DNA of 64,000 nt, taken from assembly GCA_016840165.1 (NCBI GenBank), contig JAEOSU010000029.1, forward strand, positions 12,966-76,965, read 5' to 3'. The notes beneath the pieces are model-generated. The model saw only the letters and a list, made by a program, of their open reading frames with translations, was not told the origin of the DNA and did no database searches. A program made the translations under genes and the position numbers. This DNA is from Promethearchaeota archaeon. GTDB taxonomy: Archaea; Asgardarchaeota; Lokiarchaeia; Sigyniarchaeales; SOKP01. This document shows, piece after piece, positions 1 through 8,980 of this stretch; positions within the stretch are counted from its first letter, which is position 1, and each line of letters opens with the position of its first letter.

Positions 1-1
1 T

Positions 2-334
2 GAATTTTTACGATCTGATTTTTACGAGGAAAGCAAAGCCGCTATCATTGTCTATTCTCTTGAAAATAGTGATCTTGGAAAGCAAAGCCTTGAACATGTA
101 ATAGATTGGTATAATGATATTAAAAACCATTGCGGAGATATTCCTGTAGTTATTTTTGCTAACAAGGCAGATTTAGTAAAGGAAGGAAAATCAGAAAATG
201 ACTTCATCAAGGATTTACTTGAGAAAGATAAAATAATAGATGTATATCGCACTTCTGCAAAAACTGGAAAAATGGTACCTGACGCATTTTACAGAATAAT
301 TAAAGAGTTGCACGATAAATACAAGGGTAATTAA
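2..334 (+). CDS. Rab-like small GTPase, C-terminal part (truncated by window edge; absent from ORF track)
   Basis: Frame +2 reads EFLRSDFYEESKAAIIVYSL...WYNDIKNHCGDIPVVIFANKADL...YRTSAKTG...KGN*; G4 NKxD and G5 SAK motifs. Confidence 0.9.
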   Translation, partial: EFLRSDFYEESKAAIIVYSLENSDLGKQSLEHVIDWYNDIKNHCGDIPVVIFANKADLVKEGKSENDFIKDLLEKDKIIDVYRTSAKTGKMVPDAFYRIIKELHDKYKGN

Positions 335-401
335 ATTCGCTAGTGTGAGTAGCAATCGTTAAAATAAAATGATTTTAATCAATAAGGAGGAATAAATTGT
401 C

Positions 402-719
402 TTGCAAGCTGAAGGAGTTATTATTTTCGATGATCTTGAAGGTAAAATTATTTTTTCCGAAGTTCCATCAGAATTTGCCACTCCGCGTCAGACATCAGTG
501 GGTGGGATGCTGATTAATTTGGTTAAAAAATTTTCCAATGAATTTAAAGCAGGTGAAGTAAAAAGTTTAGTTATCTCCTCAGAAAAAAAAATAATTTCTA
601 TCTCAAAACGAGAACATAAGTATATTATTGTTTTATTTCCGATAACCACTGTCATCGAACATAATATTATTTTACAAAAAACAGAAGAAATTTTTAATTC
701 CGTTATTAATAATGGATAA
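402..719 (+). CDS. Small roadblock/longin-like (profilin-like fold) protein
   Basis: 105 aa; GVIIFDDLEGKIIFS beta hairpin, helix, then GEVKSLVISS...IIVLF strands; GGAGG at 386-390; follows GTPase. Confidence 0.55.
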   Translation: MQAEGVIIFDDLEGKIIFSEVPSEFATPRQTSVGGMLINLVKKFSNEFKAGEVKSLVISSEKKIISISKREHKYIIVLFPITTVIEHNIILQKTEEIFNSVINNG

Positions 720-735
720 GTAAAAAGTTAATAAG

Positions 736-1251
736 GTGAATATAATAGGTTTAAAACGAAAGTTAATGGATAAGATGATGCCAAAAGAGTTTGGCTTTAT
801 TTCTGGCTTATTCCATGTTGGGGTATTTACTCTACAAACAGGGATTGATGAAACTTTAGGAAGAATTGGTTATAATGATTACATTTTTCCTGCGGTGAAG
901 GAATCGATGGAACAAGCAGAAAAATTGGGAATTGAGCCCATGATAGGAGAAAATGTTGAAGATTTTGGAGAGCGTTTCATAAAATTGTTAAAAACGTCAT
1001 TATTAGTCGAAAATGCCTCCCTGAAAAAGAAAGCAGATGGTGCTTATGTATTTTCTTTAAACAACTGTTTTATGGCTAAAACGGCTCATACCGTCGCTGG
1101 AACTAAGGGAGTATGCCCGATGGCTATGGTAATGGCGGCTATGATTGAAAAATATGTAAATAAAGAAGTAACAGTGAACTATTCAGATTTAACTCCAAAT
1201 GGAAGTATTACAGTCATAACACCAACTAATAGCGATTTTGAAAGAAAGTAA
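736..1251 (+). CDS. V4R/MetOD1-like small-ligand-binding domain protein
   Basis: YVFSLNNCFMA...GVCPMAMVMAAMIEK Cys pattern typical of V4R-like domains; start uncertain (GTG 736 or ATG 766). Confidence 0.55.
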   Translation: MNIIGLKRKLMDKMMPKEFGFISGLFHVGVFTLQTGIDETLGRIGYNDYIFPAVKESMEQAEKLGIEPMIGENVEDFGERFIKLLKTSLLVENASLKKKADGAYVFSLNNCFMAKTAHTVAGTKGVCPMAMVMAAMIEKYVNKEVTVNYSDLTPNGSITVITPTNSDFERK

Positions 1252-1338
1252 AAAAAAGAATTATAATAATTTTCGAAAAGTTATTTGAAATCTGGCGCAA
1301 ATATCTAAAAAGAATTTTTTAGAAAAAAATTCTATGAT

Positions 1339-3123
1339 TCAATGAATGCTTTGATGCTCAAAATATTGCTTATATAAGCTTGCATACTTCCCACCGTCAG
1401 CAAGTAGGGAAGCATGCGTTCCTTCTTCCACAATCCTTCCATGGTCTAAAACAATTATTCTATCAGCATTAATAACCGTTGATAAGCGATGGGCAATTAT
1501 GATTGACGTTCGATTTGCAAGTAATTTTTGAAGTGCTTCTTGAATTATTGCTTCGGTATATGCATCCACACTTGAAGTTGCCTCGTCAAGAATAAGAATT
1601 TTTGGATTACTTAAGACAGCTCGGGCAAAACTAATTATCTGTTTTTGACCCACTGATAACCCTTTCCCTCTCTCTCCCAATCTTGTATTTAAACCATCTG
1701 GCAAATACTTAATAATTTCTTCAGCATGAACAGTTCTAATTGCCTCATTTAGTTCTTCTTGTGAGGCATTTGGGTTCCCATAACGGATATTTTCTTCTAA
1801 AGTGCCTGAAAATAAGAAAATATCCTGTTGAACCATCGCAATATTGTTTCTATATGAATCTAATGTCATGTCCCTGATATCAATTCCATCAATTTTAATT
1901 GATCCCCCTTGAAATTCGTAAAATCGTGCTAAAAGAGAAACTAAAGAGGTTTTTCCAGCTCCAGTATGGCCAACAATCGCCAATTTTTCTCCTTTTGATA
2001 TCTTGAGATTAAAATCTTTGAAAACACCTTGATTATCATTATACCGAAAGTTAACGTTTTGAAATACAATCTCCCCTTCAAGTTCTCCCACTTCGATAGC
2101 CTTATTGTTCTGGATAACTGAAGGTTGAGCATCAAGAATCTCTAAAATTCTTTCATATGCCGCCATACCCGTGCTTAGTTGGGGGAAAAAGGTAGCTAGA
2201 ACGATAATTGGTCTAAAAAAGCTTTGTAGATAAAGAATAAAGGTTAGCAAGGTTCCAGTAGTTAAATTTCCCTCAAGAAATAATTGAGTTCCATAATAAA
2301 TTACGATTAGAATTGTAACTGAGGCAATTATGTTTAAAATATGCCTCCACATATGGGTTACAGAGGTCAATTTAAAAGTTGAGCGAAAATAATCCTTATT
2401 AATCTGACTAAAGTGATAAGAGATATTCGATTCTTGTCCATAACTTTTAGAAACATGTATTCCTTCAATAGATTCTACCATTGCATTGTTTACATTTTCA
2501 ATTGCATTTCTATAACTTCTACTTACGACTCTTGCCCATCTTCTTAGTGAGAACATTAGCAACAATACGATAGGGACTGCAATTAGCACGATTAAAGCTA
2601 AAAAGGGATTCAAAATCAGCAATATAGTGAAAGTCAATAAGCTTATAAGAAAATTTCCCACAGTTTCTGCAATTAAGGAAGTTATATCTCCAAAATCTAA
2701 TGCATCATTAGAAACTCTGGTATTTAAAGCACCACTTTCATACTCATCAAAAAAGCTTATACTTTGCCGCTGTAGCTTATCGAATATGTCCATACGCAAG
2801 TATTCTAAAAAGAAGGGAACAAACTTGCCGTATTCTCTCCTCCTTAAAGAAAACATTAACCATTGAATAGCAGAGGCAATAACATAAGCTATTCCAAAAA
2901 ATATTATTATATTAAACTCAGTTGATAATGGAGTTTCTAGATGATCGACAGTAAATCCCACAACTAAAGGACCCAGAATTTCTACAATGGTTGCTATAAA
3001 GATAAATAATGCAACCATTACAATATTTTTTTTAAAGGGGGCTAATCTTTTTACATATCTGCCGAATAATTCACGATCAGAGTATTTTCGTTTCGGTTTC
3101 TCTTTCCTTATACTTCTATACAT
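1339..3123 (-). CDS. ABC exporter permease/ATPase half-transporter (subunit with consensus Walker B)
   Basis: N-terminal TMD; GHTGAGKT, LSVGQKQ, ILILDEATSSVD, IAHRLST. Confidence 0.95.
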   Translation of the reverse strand: MYRSIRKEKPKRKYSDRELFGRYVKRLAPFKKNIVMVALFIFIATIVEILGPLVVGFTVDHLETPLSTEFNIIIFFGIAYVIASAIQWLMFSLRRREYGKFVPFFLEYLRMDIFDKLQRQSISFFDEYESGALNTRVSNDALDFGDITSLIAETVGNFLISLLTFTILLILNPFLALIVLIAVPIVLLLMFSLRRWARVVSRSYRNAIENVNNAMVESIEGIHVSKSYGQESNISYHFSQINKDYFRSTFKLTSVTHMWRHILNIIASVTILIVIYYGTQLFLEGNLTTGTLLTFILYLQSFFRPIIVLATFFPQLSTGMAAYERILEILDAQPSVIQNNKAIEVGELEGEIVFQNVNFRYNDNQGVFKDFNLKISKGEKLAIVGHTGAGKTSLVSLLARFYEFQGGSIKIDGIDIRDMTLDSYRNNIAMVQQDIFLFSGTLEENIRYGNPNASQEELNEAIRTVHAEEIIKYLPDGLNTRLGERGKGLSVGQKQIISFARAVLSNPKILILDEATSSVDAYTEAIIQEALQKLLANRTSIIIAHRLSTVINADRIIVLDHGRIVEEGTHASLLADGGKYASLYKQYFEHQSIH

Positions 3124-3149
3124 TCGCTTTTCTTTTCCCCTTATTTATT

Positions 3150-4919
3150 TTATACTTTTATATCAGGTAATGGGAGGAATCTACCGAAAATTCTTCTATA
3201 ATCTTCTGATCTCTTTAATAAGTTTTGGTGATCGCCTTGGGCTACAATTCTTCCCTCCTTAAGAACTAAGATTTTATCTGCGGATCGTATCGCATTTAAA
3301 CGATGTGTAATAATTATAGTCGTCCTTTTCTGTAGAACATTTTCTATTGCTTTTCCTATCTTTTCTTCAGTCTCACTATCTACAGCTGAAACAGAATCAT
3401 CCAGAATTATGATATCAGGGTTAGTTAATAATGCGCGAGCAATTGCTATTCTTTGACGCTCTCCTCCCGATAGTTTTGTTCCCCGCTCACCTACAATAGT
3501 ATCGTATCCTTCCGCAAAATCTCTAACGAAATCATCTACTTGGGCTAATCTCGCCGCTTCTATAATTTCCTCATCAGAGGCATCAGGATTGCCAAAGGAA
3601 ATATTTTCCTTAATGGATCTAGGAAATAGATAAATATCTTGCTCTATATAACCCACCCGTTTCCTTAATACTTCAAGAGGATAGTTTGATATCTCTAAAT
3701 CATCAATATAAATAGAACCATCTTGGGGTTTATACAAGGATAAAATAATTTTCGCTAAAGTCGTCTTACCACATCCCGTTGGACCTACTAATGCAACCTT
3801 TTGGAGGGGGTCAATTACAAAATTAAGATTCTCGAAAACGCGTGTGCTTCTATTATTTTCATTCTCATAAGAGAAGGATACATTTTTAAACTCAATTTTT
3901 CCTTTTAATTTTTTAAAGGACACCTTGGAACCTGAATTAACATCCTCACTTTCACCCTTAGAAAGGGCATCAAAAACCCGTGAACAAGCAGCAAATCCAC
4001 TCATCATATCATTTGTTGCCCAAAAAATCAAATTTGTTGGATCTATTAAAGTAATTAAAAGTAGATTAATAGCGGCTAATTCCTCAATTCTAAGAGAGTT
4101 AAAATATACGAAAAAGGCGCTTATTAAGAACAATGTACTGATTGCGAGGTAAATAATAAGGAGAGGATAATATTTTGATTGGACTCTATTTTCACCAATC
4201 CAATTATCTCTAAACGCTTGAACAACCGATTGAAATCTTTTACTTTCAAATTTTTCTGTTGTAAATAATTTTATGACTTTCGTACCGCTTATATTATCTT
4301 GAAGAGTTATTGCTATATTTGAATGTTTTTTCATACGTGCTCTCACATATGGAGCAAGTTTCCTCCGATAATATAAAATAAAATAGCAGTACAATATAAG
4401 AAATGGTAGAAAAAATATAGCAACTCTTATGTCTAAATTATTAAAGATTACAATTATTACGATAAATACTTGAATAAAGGGATATATATAGAATGCTCCA
4501 TGGGAGATCATAGTGTTGACAATTCGTAAATCATAAGTTGCAAGTGCTTGTAAATCTCCTGTTCGCACACTGTCATGGTATTTTAATGATTTCGATTGGA
4601 TGATATTGAAAAATTCCGTTCGCATATTTTTTTCGATTTTTAACCCTAAAAAATGGCCTACCATCATGGAACCATAATCTAAGGCGATATTTGTAATATA
4701 AATTGATAATGCTATAAAAATTAGGGGCAAAATTTCGGTTAGTGTACCAATTGTGGAAATATTATATGTTATTTCTCCTAATATTAATGGAATTAATGTT
4801 CTCGTGTAGGTCACGAGGAAAATTCCAATGATTACGCAAAAAACTAAATATTTTTGTTTAAAAAGATGATGAGAAAGCCACCATAAATAATTCTTATACT
4901 TTTTACTTTCGATGTTCAT
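3150..4919 (-). CDS. ABC exporter permease/ATPase half-transporter (subunit with degenerate Walker B)
   Basis: TMD; GPTGCGKT, LSGGERQ, IIILDDSVSAVD (catalytic E replaced by D); tandem with partner subunit. Confidence 0.95.
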   Translation of the reverse strand: MNIESKKYKNYLWWLSHHLFKQKYLVFCVIIGIFLVTYTRTLIPLILGEITYNISTIGTLTEILPLIFIALSIYITNIALDYGSMMVGHFLGLKIEKNMRTEFFNIIQSKSLKYHDSVRTGDLQALATYDLRIVNTMISHGAFYIYPFIQVFIVIIVIFNNLDIRVAIFFLPFLILYCYFILYYRRKLAPYVRARMKKHSNIAITLQDNISGTKVIKLFTTEKFESKRFQSVVQAFRDNWIGENRVQSKYYPLLIIYLAISTLFLISAFFVYFNSLRIEELAAINLLLITLIDPTNLIFWATNDMMSGFAACSRVFDALSKGESEDVNSGSKVSFKKLKGKIEFKNVSFSYENENNRSTRVFENLNFVIDPLQKVALVGPTGCGKTTLAKIILSLYKPQDGSIYIDDLEISNYPLEVLRKRVGYIEQDIYLFPRSIKENISFGNPDASDEEIIEAARLAQVDDFVRDFAEGYDTIVGERGTKLSGGERQRIAIARALLTNPDIIILDDSVSAVDSETEEKIGKAIENVLQKRTTIIITHRLNAIRSADKILVLKEGRIVAQGDHQNLLKRSEDYRRIFGRFLPLPDIKV

Positions 4920-5013
4920 ATAATTATTAAATTTGTAATAAAATAATTATAATTTACTAATTCCCATTAAACATTTATAGCCTAATGATTCTAAATTCCT
5001 CTAGGGTGTAAAA

Positions 5014-5967
5014 TTGAACGAAAAGTGGCAAACTAAATTTTTAAATACGATTGTACATGGCGATTGCCTTAATCTAATAAAAGAGCTTCCAACTGAAGTA
5101 GTTGATTTGGTAATTGCCGACCCTCCTTATTTCAAAGTAGTAGGAGAGAAATGGGATTACTCATGGAGAACTTTAGATGATTATCTCGATTGGTCTTACG
5201 AGTGGCTTAAAGAAGTCTCACGCATATTACGTTTGGGAGGAAGTTTCTATCTATTTGGCTATATTCGTGTACTTGCCCACATTATTCCAAAACTCGAGAA
5301 TTATGGGTTGGAATTTAAGCAACAAATTATTATAGATAAAGGGATGCAAGCCGTCTCGGGGAGAGCAACGAAGAACTACACAATTTTTCCAAATACCACT
5401 GAAAGTATATTATTGATAATTAAAGACAATAAAAAATGGCTTAAGCAATTCTTAAAGGAGAAACAACGAGAAAAGGGTTGGTCATCAAAACAAATCAACG
5501 ATAAATTAGGAGTTAAAAGCAATGGAGGAGGAATGTGGAGTATCTACACTGGTAAGAACGTATGTGAACAATTTCCGACAAAGGAACGTTGGTCACAGTT
5601 TCAAAACTTATTCGATTTTTCTTTAGATTATGAGAAAGTAAGCCAAACATTTAACCCTATCATGGGATTTACTAATGTATGGACAGATATTGATTTTTAT
5701 AAAGAAAAGAGAATCCATCCCACTCAAAAACCTTTAAAACTCGTTCAGAGATTAATAGAAGCAAGTAGTAATCAAAAAGATCTTGTCGTAGATCCATTTA
5801 TGGGAAGTGGTACAACAGTAGTGGCGGCGAAAATACTAAACCGAAAATATATTGGTTTTGAAATTAATAAGGATTATGTGAATCAGATTAGGAAGAGACT
5901 CATTAATCTTGAAAATGAGCGTGATTTGACGAAAAGAAAAGACGTACCCTTAGATGACTTTCTTTGA
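5014..5967 (+). CDS. Orphan beta-class N6-adenine/N4-cytosine DNA methyltransferase
   Basis: DPPY motif precedes DPFMGSGTT SAM-binding motif; HPTQKP; no adjacent endonuclease. Confidence 0.92.
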   Translation: MNEKWQTKFLNTIVHGDCLNLIKELPTEVVDLVIADPPYFKVVGEKWDYSWRTLDDYLDWSYEWLKEVSRILRLGGSFYLFGYIRVLAHIIPKLENYGLEFKQQIIIDKGMQAVSGRATKNYTIFPNTTESILLIIKDNKKWLKQFLKEKQREKGWSSKQINDKLGVKSNGGGMWSIYTGKNVCEQFPTKERWSQFQNLFDFSLDYEKVSQTFNPIMGFTNVWTDIDFYKEKRIHPTQKPLKLVQRLIEASSNQKDLVVDPFMGSGTTVVAAKILNRKYIGFEINKDYVNQIRKRLINLENERDLTKRKDVPLDDFL

Positions 5968-6012
5968 TAAATAAGAAAAAAATAATAAAATTAATATTAA
6001 TATCTCCCACCC

Positions 6013-6393
6013 TTATAAACCAAGAGCGGTGAGAGCTTTATCTATGTTATCGACACCTAGTACAATACGATTATTTTCCGCTAAATAGATAGTATCAATA
6101 TTAACTCCCGCATTTCCAATTTTACGGGCTAATTTTCCCCCTGAACCTGCTTTTCCCGCAAGATCGGCAATATCAAGGACGATAACATCCCGTATAGCGC
6201 TTACCGAGAAACCCTCTTGTTCAAGTATATATTTAGTAGTAGTATCATCTTCTACAACGATATGCAATACACTCTCATCATTTAAGGGAATTCCACACAA
6301 ACCCTCCATATTGATGTTATGTTTTCCAAGTATTTCGCCTAAATCTGCGAGTATTCCTGGTTTATTTTCCAATATTATGGTTAAATCTTTCAG
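6013..6393 (-). CDS. Tandem ACT-domain protein (probable CTG start at 6393; ORF track starts at 6372)
   Basis: (M)KDLTIILENKPGILADLGEILGKHNINMEG ACT signature and second copy KLARKIGNAGVNIDTIY; GGAGGT 8 nt upstream of the CTG. Confidence 0.85.
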   Translation of the reverse strand: MKDLTIILENKPGILADLGEILGKHNINMEGLCGIPLNDESVLHIVVEDDTTTKYILEQEGFSVSAIRDVIVLDIADLAGKAGSGGKLARKIGNAGVNIDTIYLAENNRIVLGVDNIDKALTALGL

Positions 6394-6545
6394 GATAATA
6401 TACCTCCAATATTAATTATTAATAGCTCTACAGATAGAAAATAAATATTCGCCATTATAATGCAATGATTATTTATGTCGATCCTCTATTTAAGATTTCT
6501 TTTAAATCTTAATTTGTCAAATTTCATTAAAAAAGAATTTATAAA

Positions 6546-8771
6546 TTATAAATTGAGTTTCTTTTTCCAGAACTCAATTTTATTTGCAGTGCTTTGCTGT
6601 AATGATAAAGGAATTAATCCCTCATTTACATTTAATTCAATAATAGTCATTTCTATTGGATTTAATAGACTTATGTAACCAATATCATTTAATATTCTAT
6701 TTTTCACATTCAACAAGATGCTACCTAACTGTTGTCCGGTTTTTGTAGCTAAACTGTCTCGTATGAAATCTAACTGTTGAGCTATTGTAAGATCCTTAAA
6801 GGATTCAGTAGTAGGTTTAGAAATTGTAGGAGAGGTTTTTGGTACCTGAGGTGAGGGAGGAACGAAGGTTTGCGCAGGTTTTACAGGGGTAGGTTGTCGA
6901 TCCTCCTTAATTATAGGTTCAGATAACTCTGCCTGCAAGCCATAATTCTGAGTTGATTCTACTGACTTTACGGGGGTTGATTGTACGTCACTTTGTTTTG
7001 GGGGTATAAATTGACTAGTTGATGGAGACAGATCAGGAGTAGGGGTTTTTAGCGTTTTTTGTACATAAGATGCCCTAATAAGTGGAGCTGTTGCCTTTTG
7101 AGCTCCAACCCAAGCCTCTTCTAATACAGGTACAAATATTTTGATATGTTGTTGAACAATACTTCCAATGCCTCCAATTTCTATTCGTTCTTGATTTCCT
7201 ATCTCCGTTTTAGACAATATGCATAAAATTACTTCTTCATAATCTCTGTTGATTCCAAATAAATCTGCTTCAGTTCGATTTCTATAAGATACATTCTGCA
7301 TTCCATCAAGTTGCTGCAAGAGATCCAAATGCTCAGGAATAGTTGCATCAATTTGTGTCGCAATTCGTATGTTTACATGTTTAGGTAAAGATTGTAGAAG
7401 AGAAATTTTTATTTCAGAGAGATCTGGTGCTACAATTAATAGCCTCATCTTAGTTTTTGCAATTTCTTCATTAATATGAGCCCTTGCTCCCTCAAGGGAA
7501 CGAATAAACCATATATCCTTCATGGACATTAATGATTTCTTTTTTGCTTGATCCCAGAACTCCTTTGTGGTTATTTGACTGATTTCCAATCGCTTAAGAA
7601 TTTTGATTAGTTCTTGATTTAGAGTATTAACTACCCTTGAAGAGAAAATATTTCGCAAATCTTCAAAGGAACTTAGAATTTGATTCGAAATTCCCTCCAC
7701 TTTTTCTTCCGCATAAATCACGCTGTTACTAAATTCCTTAATTACCGTTGAAAATGTTTCTTCCAATGTTTCTCCTGTTTTAGCTGATGTTCCTATAATT
7801 TGATTCACATTATCGACAATATCTTTAATAAGGTCTCTAACCTTTACGATTAACTTTGTATTAAATCCTTCTACGATGATTTTCATCCGGGCATTTAATA
7901 CACTATCGATGATTTGATGAACTGTCTTACTAATGACTCCTAAATGCAACTCCTTTAAATTGTTTGCAATCATTTGCTTTATTTCTTCAAATTGTTGTTC
8001 AAGATCTTTTACTTGATCATCAATAATTGTCTTAGTATCGTTCTCAAGATTAGAGATAACTTCATTAACTTTTCTTATCTGCCCTATTATTTTGATTGCA
8101 TTATCTACTTCTACTTTTTGCCCCTCTATTTGTGCTTCAATTTTGTCTTTCAAGCTTTTGATAAAATTTGTGTACTCATTAAGTTCATTAATCCCTTTAC
8201 TTTTTGCTTCTAGTTGGGAAAATGATTCATTTAATTGAGCGGGAGCAACTTCTTTTATCTCTCGGATATATTCATCAAAATTAGAAAGTTGTTTCATTAA
8301 TGCTGCATATGGTGGTAAAGGAGCATAATGAGGTGTTGCACCAATAATTTCCCTATATAATCCTTTTTCTACAAATTTGTCCGCAATTTGTTTACACTCT
8401 TCTTTGTTTTTATCGATAAGTAATGATATCTCTCCCAATGATACCGCATCTCTTCCTGTAGTTAGGAAATACAATTGTATCTCATCTTCATTTAGTTGGA
8501 TATCGCTTAATACTTGATAGGTTAATTCTTTAGAATATGATACTTCTTTATCAATAAGCTCCTCAACCTTAAATTCACTAATTTCTAAGTTTTTGTCGAA
8601 ATATACCACTAATCTATGAGGAGGTGTTCCATGGATAGATTCCTTAATCAATGGAAATCTTGAGGTTTTTTGATATTCAGCTAGTGTAACAACAAATTTG
8701 ACTTCAGATAAACATACTTTGCAGGTGGTACGTATTTCTTTTTCGGTTTTATCTTGAAATAGGAAAGCCAT
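6546..8771 (-). CDS. Multidomain TrmB-like protein: CxxC/His N-domain, wHTH, long coiled coil, PLD-like domain, Pro-rich linker
   Basis: CKVC..HGTPPH; LNEDEIQLYF...SLGEISLL...FVEKGLY...YAPLPP; long heptad region; KMRLLIVAP...GINRDYEEVIL. Confidence 0.55.
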   Translation of the reverse strand: MAFLFQDKTEKEIRTTCKVCLSEVKFVVTLAEYQKTSRFPLIKESIHGTPPHRLVVYFDKNLEISEFKVEELIDKEVSYSKELTYQVLSDIQLNEDEIQLYFLTTGRDAVSLGEISLLIDKNKEECKQIADKFVEKGLYREIIGATPHYAPLPPYAALMKQLSNFDEYIREIKEVAPAQLNESFSQLEAKSKGINELNEYTNFIKSLKDKIEAQIEGQKVEVDNAIKIIGQIRKVNEVISNLENDTKTIIDDQVKDLEQQFEEIKQMIANNLKELHLGVISKTVHQIIDSVLNARMKIIVEGFNTKLIVKVRDLIKDIVDNVNQIIGTSAKTGETLEETFSTVIKEFSNSVIYAEEKVEGISNQILSSFEDLRNIFSSRVVNTLNQELIKILKRLEISQITTKEFWDQAKKKSLMSMKDIWFIRSLEGARAHINEEIAKTKMRLLIVAPDLSEIKISLLQSLPKHVNIRIATQIDATIPEHLDLLQQLDGMQNVSYRNRTEADLFGINRDYEEVILCILSKTEIGNQERIEIGGIGSIVQQHIKIFVPVLEEAWVGAQKATAPLIRASYVQKTLKTPTPDLSPSTSQFIPPKQSDVQSTPVKSVESTQNYGLQAELSEPIIKEDRQPTPVKPAQTFVPPSPQVPKTSPTISKPTTESFKDLTIAQQLDFIRDSLATKTGQQLGSILLNVKNRILNDIGYISLLNPIEMTIIELNVNEGLIPLSLQQSTANKIEFWKKKLNL

Positions 8772-8980
8772 CTTAAAAATTCAACTCAGTAATAAGTTTA
8801 TGATTTTCATAGCCTTTTATTAAACAATAATAGAACTAATTAATAAAATTATTTGATATACGGTTTTAGAGGTACTAATATTTTCTAAAACAAACTTTTT
8901 AATATTAAATTAAAGATATTTTAACTAAATAAAAACTAATAGTGGTTTTAACTTAATTTTAGCAAGGATTGGGATTTTCT

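Noticed and set aside
52-252. 66-aa minus-strand ORF from the track
   Set aside because: Antisense shadow of the partial Rab-like GTPase on the plus strand.
5014-5967. Restriction-modification system or prophage
   Set aside because: No endonuclease, integrase or structural phage gene is adjacent; the flanks are an ABC exporter and an ACT protein.
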